Source: Candidatus Omnitrophota bacterium (lineage in GTDB: Bacteria; Omnitrophota; Gorgyraeia; Gygaellales; Profunditerraquicolaceae). From it: a stretch of DNA of 64,000 nucleotides. Below, in pieces: positions 31,594 through 41,322 of the stretch. The notes under the pieces are model-generated. The model had not been told where the DNA came from. It was given only the letters and a program-made list of their open reading frames with translations, and ran no database searches. The position numbers and the translations under genes were made by a program. The stretch covers positions 31,665 to 95,664 of the forward strand of contig WOZK01000012.1 in NCBI GenBank assembly GCA_011620275.1, in the 5' to 3' direction. The stretch's first letter is position 1, and every line of letters starts with the position of its first letter.

Positions 31594-34223
31594 ATCTCCG
31601 CCCGCTCCGCCAATTCCTTGAACTTAAGCAGCGCCTCCTCAATCTTGTCCGGACGGCTGCCGCCGGCCTGCGCAAAATCCGCCCTGCCCCCTCCGCTGCC
31701 TCCGATGACCGCCGCCACTTCGCCTATCATGCCGGAGACCTTTAACCCGCCGGCGCAAAGGTCCTGCGTCGCTCCCAACACCAGAAAAGCCCTGCCGCCC
31801 TTAACGCTTCCCAGAGCGAACAAGGTCGCCCGCGCGCTTTCTTTTTTGAGGCTGTCCACGGTCCTGCGCAAAACGTCCGGGTCGGCTCCAGCGATCATCC
31901 CGCTTACCAGCTTGAAATTATTTATCTTCTGCGCGGAGTCCAGCAGTTTCAGAGCCGAACTCCTGGCATTCTCCATTCGAAGCACAGATAATTCCTTCTC
32001 GAGATCCCTAATCCTGGACGCCTTCTTCTGCGCCTCTGCTACGAGCGCATTCGCTGGCACGCCCAGCGCCTCTGCCGCGGAAGATATAACGGCGTCCTTC
32101 TCTTTCGCCAACGCGTAAGCGGCGGAACCGGTCACAGCTTCTATCCTGCGCACTCCCTGCGCTACCGAACTCTCCTGCAGAATCCTGAACTGCCCGATCT
32201 GTCCGGCGAAATCAAGATGCGTGCCGCCGCAAAGCTCTTTGGAAATGCCCGGTACCGTGATTACCCGCACTTTCTCGGCGTATTTCTCCGCGAAAAAAGC
32301 CAGTGCTCCTTCGGATTTAGCCTCCTCAAGAGTCATCTCCCGCTTTTCCAATGCGGGATTCTCCAGCACGAACCTGTTGACGAGCGCCTCCACTCTGTCC
32401 AGTTCTTCCCGGGAAAGCGCGGAGGGATTGGCGAAATCAAAACGCAGCCTATCCTCCGCTACCATCGACCCTTGCTGCCTAACCTGGGGGCCGAGTACTA
32501 AACGCAGCGCCGCTTGAAGAAGATGGGTTGCCGTATGATTCCTGGCGACGTTCAACCTGCGCTCTTTATCAAGAACGCAGAGGACATCTTCACCCTTACG
32601 CAGTACCCCGGATATAACCCGGCAATCATGCATGACTATTTTATCTATTTTTTTCGTATCTATGACCTGGACCTGCGCGTCGGCGCCTTTTATCGTTCCC
32701 GTGTCGCCGCACTGACCCCCGGATTCCGCGTAAAAAACGCTGCGGTCCAGCACCACACGCACCCGGCCGCCCTGCCCCGCCTCTTTGATCTCTTCGTCTC
32801 CCGCTATTATCTTCAGTACGCGCCCTTGCGCCTCGAAGCTCGTGTAGCCGAGGAATTCCGTTTCAGGCAGCCCTTTCTGCCAGGTCTGCTCCAGGCAAAA
32901 CACGTCTCCTTGCATGACGCTCCCGGCCTTCGAACGGTTCTTCTGCAATTGCATCTCTTTCTCGAAAGACCCGGCGCTGAGCTCTATGCCCTGTCCGGCC
33001 GCCCAGGAGGAAGTAAGCTCAAAAGGTATCCCGTAAGTATCATAGAGCTGAAAAGCCGCGATACCGGCCTTGTGAGCGTCCGGAGAGGAACGAAAACACC
33101 CGAGCTTGGCTTCCAGCATGGTTTCACTGTCGGAAAGAGTCGTCTGGAACGACCGCTCCTCCGCGGAGATCACCGCTTCTATCCCGGCGGACCTTTCGGC
33201 GAGTTCAGGATAAGGAAGACTCATCGCCCGGGCCGCCACCGGCACCAATGTGTGCAAAAAAATCCTGTTGATCCCGATCCCTCTCAAATGGAGAACGCTC
33301 TTGCGTATGAGTTTCCTCACCACGTAGCCGCGCGCCTCGTTGGACGGCAGTATTCCGTCGTAAATCGCGAATACCGCCGCGCGCAGGTGATCGGCAACCG
33401 CGTAAACTTCGCTTGCCGCAACCTCGAGACCTCCGACAGGACAGCCTGCCTTGATGGCATCAACCAGCGGACTGAAGGCGTCGGTCTCAAAATTGCTCTT
33501 AACGCCCTGCATTACCGCGGAAATCCTTTCCAGTCCCATGCCGGTATCGATGTTCTTTTGCGGCAAAGGCTCCAGTATCCCGCCTTCCCTGCGGTTGAAC
33601 TGCGTGAAAACAAGATTCCATATCTCCACGTATCTCCCGCAGCCGCAGCCCGGGCCGCAATCCGGAGAAGAACAGGCAAACCCCGTACCCATATCAAAGA
33701 ATATCTCGGAACACGGACCACAGGGGCCGTTCGGACCTTTTTCCCTGGCGTCGGCCGGCCAGAAATTATCTTTGTCCCCCAGCCTGGCTATACGCGCCTC
33801 CGGAACACGCACATCCTCTTTCCATATGCAGTAGGCCTCATCGTCATCTTTATGCACCGATACGCTGAGTTTCGCGGGGTCTATCTGCAGCTCGACGGTA
33901 AGAAATTCCCAGGCCCAGTTTATAGCCTCCTTCTTGAAGTAATCTCCGAAGGAAAAGTTGCCCAGCATCTCGAAGAAGGTATGGTGGCAGTCGGTCTTGC
34001 CGACCTTCTCCAGGTCGTCCGTCCTTAGACAACGCTGCGCGGTGACCGCCCGGCTGAATCCGGTAAGGCAACCCATAAACTGCTTCTTGAACTGGTTCAT
34101 TCCGGCGGGGGTAAAAAGCACCGTCGGATCATCAGCCGGAACAAGCGAATCGCTCTCCACCACGCGGTGCCCGCGCTTGGAAAAAAAATCAAGATATTTA
34201 GCCCTTATTTCGTCAGTCTTCAT
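31590..34223 (-). CDS. alaS: Alanine--tRNA ligase
   Basis: AGMNQFK, HHTFFEMLGNFSFGDYFK, NHTATHLL, ELCGGTH; start ATG 34223. Confidence 0.98.
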   Translation of the reverse strand: MKTDEIRAKYLDFFSKRGHRVVESDSLVPADDPTVLFTPAGMNQFKKQFMGCLTGFSRAVTAQRCLRTDDLEKVGKTDCHHTFFEMLGNFSFGDYFKKEAINWAWEFLTVELQIDPAKLSVSVHKDDDEAYCIWKEDVRVPEARIARLGDKDNFWPADAREKGPNGPCGPCSEIFFDMGTGFACSSPDCGPGCGCGRYVEIWNLVFTQFNRREGGILEPLPQKNIDTGMGLERISAVMQGVKSNFETDAFSPLVDAIKAGCPVGGLEVAASEVYAVADHLRAAVFAIYDGILPSNEARGYVVRKLIRKSVLHLRGIGINRIFLHTLVPVAARAMSLPYPELAERSAGIEAVISAEERSFQTTLSDSETMLEAKLGCFRSSPDAHKAGIAAFQLYDTYGIPFELTSSWAAGQGIELSAGSFEKEMQLQKNRSKAGSVMQGDVFCLEQTWQKGLPETEFLGYTSFEAQGRVLKIIAGDEEIKEAGQGGRVRVVLDRSVFYAESGGQCGDTGTIKGADAQVQVIDTKKIDKIVMHDCRVISGVLRKGEDVLCVLDKERRLNVARNHTATHLLQAALRLVLGPQVRQQGSMVAEDRLRFDFANPSALSREELDRVEALVNRFVLENPALEKREMTLEEAKSEGALAFFAEKYAEKVRVITVPGISKELCGGTHLDFAGQIGQFRILQESSVAQGVRRIEAVTGSAAYALAKEKDAVISSAAEALGVPANALVAEAQKKASRIRDLEKELSVLRMENARSSALKLLDSAQKINNFKLVSGMIAGADPDVLRRTVDSLKKESARATLFALGSVKGGRAFLVLGATQDLCAGGLKVSGMIGEVAAVIGGSGGGRADFAQAGGSRPDKIEEALLKFKELAERAEI

Positions 34224-34743
34224 ATTCGTCCCCGGCGGCATGGCCGCCAAAAAATCTCTCCGTCACATTTGCTACAACCCCGGGGCAGAAACCGCGCCGC
34301 GATAAAAAAGCGAACAGCCGGCGTTTCAGTTTCAGCTTCTCGCCGCCGCGCAGCAGCGAACGTTTCCTGGAGATAACAAGCTCTATAGCCGCCTTTTCCT
34401 CTGAATAACCGCCTGCCAGGAGCCTGTCAAGCGCCCTCTCCGCCAAAATCCGCTCCACGCCTTTAGAAGACAGTTCCCTGCCTATGCGTGAAAGGCCGTA
34501 GGAACGCGCCGCCCTGCTCTGCGCCCAGGCGCGTGCGAAAGACGCGTCATCCAGGAATTTCTTGTCCTGCAGAAAAGAAATCGTATCCGCAACGGCGGCC
34601 GGAGAAAAACCTTTCTTCTGCAGCCGGAATTCCATTTCCCGCACGCTGCGCGGCCTGAACTTCAATAAGAGAAAGGCGTACCGCAGAGCTTCAACCAGGC
34701 CGCCTTCTACCGGATCCCTCTTCTTTAACACTTGGCTTTCCAA
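34213..34743 (-). CDS. recX: Regulatory protein RecX
   Basis: RPRS..E...RL..KG, LDD..FA, I..EL..KG, FL.RRGF; downstream of recA; start uncertain (TTG 34743 or GTG 34731). Confidence 0.9.
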   Translation of the reverse strand: MESQVLKKRDPVEGGLVEALRYAFLLLKFRPRSVREMEFRLQKKGFSPAAVADTISFLQDKKFLDDASFARAWAQSRAARSYGLSRIGRELSSKGVERILAERALDRLLAGGYSEEKAAIELVISRKRSLLRGGEKLKLKRRLFAFLSRRGFCPGVVANVTERFFGGHAAGDEYED

Positions 34744-34840
34744 TTAGCCAAAGTATAACGCACGAGCGAATACTTGGCACTCCGATTAGCCAAGGTATAA
34801 CGCACGAGCGAATACTTGGCTTTCCAATTAGCCAAGGTAT
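34730..34840. repeat. Tandem array of a 42-bp hairpin repeat (about 2.6 units)
   Basis: Units start at 34730, 34772 and 34814: ACTTGGC-N10-GCCAA(G/A)GTATAACGCACGAGCGAAT. Confidence 0.9.
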
Positions 34841-34966
34841 TATTTCGATAGGCTAAGGTAAACCCGGCTCGAAAGCCGCGGATTTCTGCGGTTTGATGAA
34901 GATGGATTCCAGCGGTCATTTAAGCGGATTTTAAATACGGAAAAAGAACCGGGGACGACCTGCGCG

Positions 34967-36022
34967 TCATTTCTTCGCTTCAGCCGGAACACCGACGCTG
35001 CCCGCGGAGATCGCCTGGCGGAATTCTTTTTCCATTTCCTGAAAGAGCTTAGGCTGTTCTTTCAAGGCTCTTATCGCCACGTCTCTGCCCTGCCCGATCT
35101 TTTCGTTCTTGAAAGAGATCCATGTCCCGGACTTATCGACCAGCCCCAAGTTCATCGCCGCATCCAGAAGGCTTCCCATCTTTGAGATACCTTCATTGTG
35201 CAATATATCGAATTCCGCCTCGCGGAAAGGCGGCGCCACCTTATTCTTCACCACGCGCACCCTTGTCCTTCCGCCGATCACCCGGTCGGCCTCTTTCAGA
35301 GAAGCTATACGCCTGATGTCAAGGCGGACGGAAGAGTAAAACTTCAACGCCCTGCCGCCGGGGGTAGTCTCCGGATTGCCGAACATAACGCCTATCTTTT
35401 CGCGGATCTGGTTTATGAAGATAACGCACGTCTTGGAACGGTTGATGGCGCCGGTCAGTTTCCTCAATGCCTGCGACATAAGGCGCGCCTGCAGTCCCAT
35501 GTGGGAATCGCCCATCTCGCCTTCTATCTCGGCGCGCGGAGTTAACGCCGCCACCGAATCTATAACCACCAGATCTACCGCGTTCGAACGCACCAGGGTT
35601 TCGGTGATATCCAACGCCTGCTCTCCGGTATCCGGCTGGGAAATAAGCAGGTCATCGAGATTAACGCCTATCACGTTGCCGGCATAAGCCGAGTCAAAGG
35701 CGTGTTCCGCGTCGATAAAAGCCGCCACCCCGCCTTTTTTCTGGATCTCACGTATCACGCTCAGAGTAAGAGTGGTCTTACCGGATGCTTCCGGACCGAA
35801 AACCTCGATCACCCTCCCTTTGGGAAGACCACCTACCCCCAGCGCCCAGTCAAGGGTATAAGAACCGGTCGGGATCACCTCCACGTCTATCTTTACGTCC
35901 CCGCCCAGGGTCATAATGGAACCTTTACCATGATGCTTCTCTATCTGGGAAAGGGCCAATTCAAGGGCTTTCTTGCGGTCGTTTATCTCTTTAGATTCCT
36001 CTTTTTTCTTTTCAACCGGCAT
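34967..36022 (-). CDS. recA: Recombinase RecA
   Basis: [38 protein letters not shown]. Confidence 0.99.
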   Translation of the reverse strand: MPVEKKKEESKEINDRKKALELALSQIEKHHGKGSIMTLGGDVKIDVEVIPTGSYTLDWALGVGGLPKGRVIEVFGPEASGKTTLTLSVIREIQKKGGVAAFIDAEHAFDSAYAGNVIGVNLDDLLISQPDTGEQALDITETLVRSNAVDLVVIDSVAALTPRAEIEGEMGDSHMGLQARLMSQALRKLTGAINRSKTCVIFINQIREKIGVMFGNPETTPGGRALKFYSSVRLDIRRIASLKEADRVIGGRTRVRVVKNKVAPPFREAEFDILHNEGISKMGSLLDAAMNLGLVDKSGTWISFKNEKIGQGRDVAIRALKEQPKLFQEMEKEFRQAISAGSVGVPAEAKK

Positions 36023-36126
36023 AAATACCTCCGCGTTCCTGCGGCATTAATAAAAATTAACCATTATCTTGATTAAGGTTTGTAAACTAAGGGCGTTTAC
36101 CCTAACGTCCCGCACAGCAAGACGTT

Positions 36127-36155
36127 ATTATAACCCACCCCTTTTACCGTGTCAA
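36127..36155 (-). promoter_or_regulatory. Consensus sigma70 promoter of recA
   Basis: TTGACA-N17-TATAAT, perfect match, ~105 nt upstream of the recA start. Confidence 0.8.
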
Positions 36156-36219
36156 ACAAATAATCCCCCCCCTGGGGGCCCCCTGGGGCCGTTTCAAAAT
36201 CACCTGCGATACGGCAAAT

Positions 36220-37731
36220 TCACTGTCTGCGTATGCTGTAAAGCCCGCCAGACATTGCGTCCAGATAAGCGGTCAATTCCCGAAGTCGTATCTCTTTATC
36301 GAAACGGCGCTTCCTGTCTTCCAGTCGCATATTTGCCAGCTCATGCCGCACGCGCAAGCGTTCGAAATAAGCCTTGGTCACCTGCTCTATTATCTCCTGA
36401 CGCAATTCCGCGGTAAGCTTGGACCGCACGTCTATGGAGGTCTGGGCGTCGTTCCAGATCAAATCACCAAGTTCCCAGACCAAGGCAACCGACCACTCCT
36501 GCGTATATCTTCCTTTGCGCAAGCAATCATCCTCTTGTCTGGTAGTAGAGCCTCCCTCCCAGTGCCAGCGATCGGTGCCGTTACGATCGGCAGAGACCGA
36601 TACCCTGGGGAGCCAGCCGCGCGCCGCCGCCAGTTTCCTCCAGCGAAATATCTTTTCCTGGCCGGAATCGGTAAGCGCTATAGACGCTTCCACTACCTCC
36701 CGTATGCCCGGTTCTCCTTCTTCTTCGGCAGGAGGACGCGAATCTACGGGGTACGCAGGAGGCCCCAATACGCCGGTCTCTACGATACCGCTATCGCAGA
36801 GAAGTAAAAGCCTTCCGGGAGCCGCCACAGCTATTTCGTTTATTCTTCTAATACCGGCGGGAACGCCCGCTTCCGACCAGTACCCTATGGAGGGATAATA
36901 AACGAAAACTTCTCTCCCGTCCGTCGCATAGATCTCTCCCCCGTATCCGGCCGTGACCGCGGACAAAGGATACCGGGGCAGGCCCTGCGCGCTCAATTCT
37001 TCAAACTGCCCGTCGGAGCTCTGCGCCAGATAAATGCGTCCGCGGCAGTAAGCGCACACTCCGCCGTGCGGGAGCGCGGCGATCAGCGCGTTGCCGCTTG
37101 CCCGGGCCTCCTGCGCCGGCTCATCATCCCCGCCGCCGGGTTCATCTTCTCCCTCGGGAACAGCGCCGCAGGACAAAATCCTGTCCCAGGTATTCCCGTT
37201 ATCAAAGCTCTCGTAGATCCCGTTCGAGGCCGCCAGATAAATACCGTCTCGCGCGCCGCGGCAAAGCCGATAAACAGGCATAGACGACAACGCCCCCCCG
37301 GCCTTAACCCAGTGCCCTCCGTTATCGTCGCTAATGACCAATCCGTCCTCTCCGGCGGCAAGGACTCTGCTTCCGGAACAAAGAATCGAGAACAAACCTT
37401 TACCCCTGAACACCCGCCGCCATTCCCTGCCGCCGTCAGAGCTGCAATATACCCCGGTGGAAGAAGCGGCAAAGATAGTGCCGCCGGAGCCGGAAAATGC
37501 CCGCACCTCGCCTTTGATTCCGCGAGTCCTTCCGTAACGCTCCCAGTTCAATCCCCGGTCCTCGCTTTTCCAGACCGTATCCTTTGAACCGGACAGAAAA
37601 ACGTTACCGCCGAGAAACAGGACGCAAAAGGCGTCTTTTACCGAAACGCTGTCCTCTCCGCTTGCCTTTTTCAACGGTACAGGCGCTGAAAGGAACAGCG
37701 GCAGGAAGGCGATCACGCACCATTTACGCAT
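36220..37731 (-). CDS. Exported protein with BNR/Asp-box beta-propeller repeats and a C-terminal TolC-like domain
   Basis: Signal peptide; repeated S.D.G..W Asp-boxes (SEDRGLNW, SSDGGREW, SDDNGGHW, SFDNGNTW); C-terminal WLPRVSVS...W.L..L and helical region (TolC-likeness is inference). Confidence 0.7.
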   Translation of the reverse strand: MRKWCVIAFLPLFLSAPVPLKKASGEDSVSVKDAFCVLFLGGNVFLSGSKDTVWKSEDRGLNWERYGRTRGIKGEVRAFSGSGGTIFAASSTGVYCSSDGGREWRRVFRGKGLFSILCSGSRVLAAGEDGLVISDDNGGHWVKAGGALSSMPVYRLCRGARDGIYLAASNGIYESFDNGNTWDRILSCGAVPEGEDEPGGGDDEPAQEARASGNALIAALPHGGVCAYCRGRIYLAQSSDGQFEELSAQGLPRYPLSAVTAGYGGEIYATDGREVFVYYPSIGYWSEAGVPAGIRRINEIAVAAPGRLLLLCDSGIVETGVLGPPAYPVDSRPPAEEEGEPGIREVVEASIALTDSGQEKIFRWRKLAAARGWLPRVSVSADRNGTDRWHWEGGSTTRQEDDCLRKGRYTQEWSVALVWELGDLIWNDAQTSIDVRSKLTAELRQEIIEQVTKAYFERLRVRHELANMRLEDRKRRFDKEIRLRELTAYLDAMSGGLYSIRRQ

Positions 37732-37897
37732 AAGACTCCTCCTTTCGTTTTAAATACACAAGTATTCTCTTTATTTAATAGACGGTGCAAGGAGGGAAAA
37801 TCTAACGGACAATTCTTAACGCCGCCTTGGGTCGGCCGATAATGGGCAAGAGTTCATCGTGCGGGCCGAAGAGAAGAGAAAAAAAACGGAGGGTTCT

Positions 37898-40003
37898 TTA
37901 TAATTCCAGTTCGCGGAATTTTTTGCGCAGGTCGTAAAAAGCCGGCATATCTATTTCTCTCAAAACGGTCTGCGCCTTACGCAGGTATTCCCTGGCCTCC
38001 TGTTTTCGCCGGGCGGATTTACAGATAAAGGCCAGATGGCAGTATGCCTCCGCCAATTCCGGCACTGCTCCGGCCTTGACGGCATTGGCTTCCGCCGTCA
38101 TAAACGAACGCTCCGCGGAAACATAGTCTCCGGTCTCCAGGTACAATTCTCCTATCATATTGTGGTCTCCGGCGATATTGGCATAATTACGCTGTTTAAT
38201 ATCCAATTTCAGCCCTTTCAAATAAAGCTCCAGAGCCCGGGGGTAATCCTTCTCCAGTAGAAAAACCTCCCCCAAATTAAAATAGCAATCGCTAAGCTCT
38301 TCCCCGGCTCCGAGACGCTCGAAAATACGCTGGCTTTTCAGGTAAAACTTTTTTGCCGCCGAATAATCGTCTTTGTTGACGAAAACAAGGCCGATATCGA
38401 AATAATCGCAGGCAAGATTGTATTTATGACGGTATATCCACTGTTTTTCCCTGTTGATATCCGAGCTCTTAGTCAATAATTCCAGGGCGGCGTCATAATT
38501 CCCTGCGTCGATCTGCCAAACCGCCATCCTGCGCAGAACCAGCGCTTCATTCAGACGGTCATGGTTTTCTCTCGCCAGCGCCAGGGACTTGCTGTAGAAC
38601 CCGGCCGCCCCGGCGTGTTTACCCTGCATCTGATATATCCAGCCGATACCGGCATAGGCGCAGGAGAGACCGCTTTGATAACCGTTCTCCGCGCATTGCT
38701 TGGCAAGCTCGTAATAACACTCCAGCGCCTCCTTGCGCCGTCCGGACTGCTCGTAAATTTCCCCCAGGAAACGGTATGCCGCCACACAACGGGGAGTTTT
38801 GTTTACGATGTCCCTGAAAACGGCAGCGGCCGCGGCATGCTCTCCGCCGCGAAACATCCTCCGGCCCTTAAGTAAAAGCAGGTAATTGCTCTCTTCTTCC
38901 TGCGCGGAGGGGCCAAAAAGAAGCACGGCTCCCGTCATCAAGGCAGCAGCCGCGGTCTTCCAGTTCCTTCGCAGACGGTTGCCTGCGATGGAGATCCGCC
39001 GCCGCTCGTAAAGCACGGTATCCGGTCTGCCGTATAACACATACCTGCTCCATGTCCCGATACGCGAAGACTGGGAATATCTGCATAAGCGCACGATTTC
39101 CGCTATGGACAGCCCGCCCCGCAGCCGGCGGTAGAACCCGGCGGCAAAATCCCTGCAGGCGGCGTCCTGCGCAGCCGCGATCGTCCCCAGGTAATGCATA
39201 GTCCCGTGCAGCAGGAAGGAACCGGCTAACGACGGCAAGCCCCGCCGCCCTGCCGCAGAAACGCAGGCATTAGCGAAAACAAACGAAGGAAGAGCTGAAA
39301 CCCCGGCGGCCTGCATGACGTCTTCGGCGCCGAATATCCCGTCGTTGAGCACCCATCCCCCTTTTACCCCCGGCAGGCAATGCCCGGCGAAGTGGATCAT
39401 ATCGTAGCGTCCAAGGGCCTCGCGCAGGAACATCTTGCCGGCGGGAAAAGACCTGAAATCAACGCTTATGCCCGGCAGGCGCGACAGGATACCTTTTATT
39501 TCCAACCCTTCCGCATAGGCGTAAGGCAATCCTCCTGCGGGGTCGGCGAGTACGAGCGCTCTCGCCGGAAACGGCGGTCTCTCTCTGCGGACGTAATCTT
39601 TTTCCCCACGGTAACGCAGTATCCTCGAACAGGCAAACCTGCGGCAGAGAAAATCAGTCCCGTCATAAGCGAGTTCCCACGGCACCTCGACAAGCCGTTC
39701 GTCGAGCAGTATCAAAAGGGTTCTCCGTCCGCTCCCGGAAAGGATTTCCCTGACCCGTGACGGAAATACGGATTTCCATAACAACCGGCCGGAGGAAATC
39801 ATCTCCCGTGCGCCGTCTTCTCCCGGAATATATAAACCGCGGGTAGAAGAAAAGAAAGGGAACCTGCCGCATAGAGAATTCAGTTCCTCGGCGGGGAAAC
39901 CGCAGCGCAGGTGGCGTCTGACCGGAGAGCACTCCATATCTTTTCGATCGAAAACGCCGAGAAATATCTCCCCGTCTTCCAGTAAGATCTCTGCTATCAG
40001 CAA
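37898..40003 (-). CDS. CHAT (caspase-like) protease domain + TM helix + TPR repeats
   Basis: VPWELAYDG, LVLADP..GL..A..E, IHFAGH, FVFANAC, F...FY..L..G; hydrophobic TAAAALMTGAVLLFG; multiple TPRs. Confidence 0.85.
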   Translation of the reverse strand: MLIAEILLEDGEIFLGVFDRKDMECSPVRRHLRCGFPAEELNSLCGRFPFFSSTRGLYIPGEDGAREMISSGRLLWKSVFPSRVREILSGSGRRTLLILLDERLVEVPWELAYDGTDFLCRRFACSRILRYRGEKDYVRRERPPFPARALVLADPAGGLPYAYAEGLEIKGILSRLPGISVDFRSFPAGKMFLREALGRYDMIHFAGHCLPGVKGGWVLNDGIFGAEDVMQAAGVSALPSFVFANACVSAAGRRGLPSLAGSFLLHGTMHYLGTIAAAQDAACRDFAAGFYRRLRGGLSIAEIVRLCRYSQSSRIGTWSRYVLYGRPDTVLYERRRISIAGNRLRRNWKTAAAALMTGAVLLFGPSAQEEESNYLLLLKGRRMFRGGEHAAAAAVFRDIVNKTPRCVAAYRFLGEIYEQSGRRKEALECYYELAKQCAENGYQSGLSCAYAGIGWIYQMQGKHAGAAGFYSKSLALARENHDRLNEALVLRRMAVWQIDAGNYDAALELLTKSSDINREKQWIYRHKYNLACDYFDIGLVFVNKDDYSAAKKFYLKSQRIFERLGAGEELSDCYFNLGEVFLLEKDYPRALELYLKGLKLDIKQRNYANIAGDHNMIGELYLETGDYVSAERSFMTAEANAVKAGAVPELAEAYCHLAFICKSARRKQEAREYLRKAQTVLREIDMPAFYDLRKKFRELEL

Positions 40004-40012
40004 CGCCCCACC

Positions 40013-40690
40013 TTAACCTTTAAAAAGCAGCCTCACCGCCGCCAGCCTTACGCCCTCCGGAGACGATATCTCCAGGAGATAATCTCCCACCGGAACGCAA
40101 TCGAACCCTCCCACTCCTGCCGAAAGGACTTTAGATTCATATTCTCGCCCTCGGCAGAAGAGCGACGCCCGAATATCCCCGGGCGGTAGACTCCCGTGTA
40201 TCCCGCACCGGAGAGAAAAAAAACCGCCGGAACAGCCGGAAACCGTTATTTCAAACCTCAAGCTGTCCCGGACGCTTCTCAACACTGCTTTACCCGTTCC
40301 CTGCGGCCGTCTTCCTCTGGCGAGCCCCTCCAGCGCGTATCTCCTGGCAGATAATCCCCCGGACGCGCGCAAAAAACGGAAAATCCCATCTTTCCAGGAG
40401 AATTCGGCCTCGGGAAGCGCCGCTCCGGAAAAGAGCCCCTTCAACTCGGCTTTTCTTTCCTCTCCTAAAATAGGAGAGGAAAAGTCCTCTTCCGTTGCCG
40501 CGACGGAAACGATCTCCGCGCACCTGCCGCAGTCCAGAATATGCTCCTTTACGTAAGCCTCTTCCGGCTCCGTTAGCCTGCCCTCAAGAAAACAAACCAG
40601 AGTCTCTTCGTCCGGATGCTTGACAGGCATTACTCCGCGCGAAGCCTTCCACCGTTTATAAACTTTTTTTATTAATTGCCGCTCATCCAT
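40013..40690 (-). CDS. Putative zinc-binding anti-sigma factor (zf-HC2)
   Basis: HPDEETL..FLEG.L...E...V.EHILDCGRC (H...HxxxCxxC); directly after ECF sigma; start ATG 40690. Confidence 0.8.
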   Translation of the reverse strand: MDERQLIKKVYKRWKASRGVMPVKHPDEETLVCFLEGRLTEPEEAYVKEHILDCGRCAEIVSVAATEEDFSSPILGEERKAELKGLFSGAALPEAEFSWKDGIFRFLRASGGLSARRYALEGLARGRRPQGTGKAVLRSVRDSLRFEITVSGCSGGFFSLRCGIHGSLPPGDIRASLFCRGREYESKVLSAGVGGFDCVPVGDYLLEISSPEGVRLAAVRLLFKG

Positions 40691-40694
40691 CCTC

Positions 40695-41309
40695 TCACCC
40701 GTCCTTCCGGTCCGCGGCGAGGTCATAACCCCTGCTACGGAAACATTCGCGCAGCCTGCCGAGCACCCGTTTCCTGCGCATATCCACGGCCCCTCTCGAA
40801 CTGCGCAGCAGTTTCTGTAGATGCCCGAGGCGCAGGCCGCGTGCGAAATACAATTCCATAAAATACTTGTCCTCAAGACCAAGTCTTTCTATACAGCTTT
40901 TGAGATGATCTACCATTTCGCTCTCCTGCGCGGAACCCGCGGCGTCCGCCACCGCGTTACCTTGCGTAAAACAATATTCAACTTCCGGGGTCTCCTCCTC
41001 CTGATAAAAATGATGAACTCTGCGCGCGCGGTCTATGGTGGCGTTAAGCGCCACCTGGCGCAGCCAGCTTGCCAGGCTGCAGCCGTTTCTGGCCTGAAAA
41101 GTGCGAAGCTTACGGAAATCGTCTTTCAGCAAAGAAAGGAATATTTCCTGAAGTATATCCTGGGGATTGATCTCGGAAGCGGAAGCGCCTCTGGCCTTCA
41201 AGGCGTTATGGACGAAACTGAAGATAAGCTGGGAATACCTGTCTACGAATTCGCTCCAGGCCGCCTTGTCGCCCATGACGCAGCGCCGGATGAAATCCAT
41301 ATCATCCAT
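40695..41309 (-). CDS. ECF-family RNA polymerase sigma factor
   Basis: GDKAAWSEFVDRY, DILQEIF, SLASWLRQVALNATID, C-terminal HTH region 4. Confidence 0.9.
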   Translation of the reverse strand: MDDMDFIRRCVMGDKAAWSEFVDRYSQLIFSFVHNALKARGASASEINPQDILQEIFLSLLKDDFRKLRTFQARNGCSLASWLRQVALNATIDRARRVHHFYQEEETPEVEYCFTQGNAVADAAGSAQESEMVDHLKSCIERLGLEDKYFMELYFARGLRLGHLQKLLRSSRGAVDMRRKRVLGRLRECFRSRGYDLAADRKDG

Positions 41310-41322
41310 ACGGGTATTTTGT

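Noticed and set aside
34730-34840. Mini CRISPR array
   Set aside because: The variable parts are only 10 nt, units 1 and 3 share the same one, and there are no cas genes or leader.
34725-34919. 64-aa ORF with YTLANWKAKYSLVR repeats
   Set aside because: It is read-through of a 42-bp (14-codon) DNA repeat, lacks an RBS, and the same repeat occurs without an ORF at 62561.
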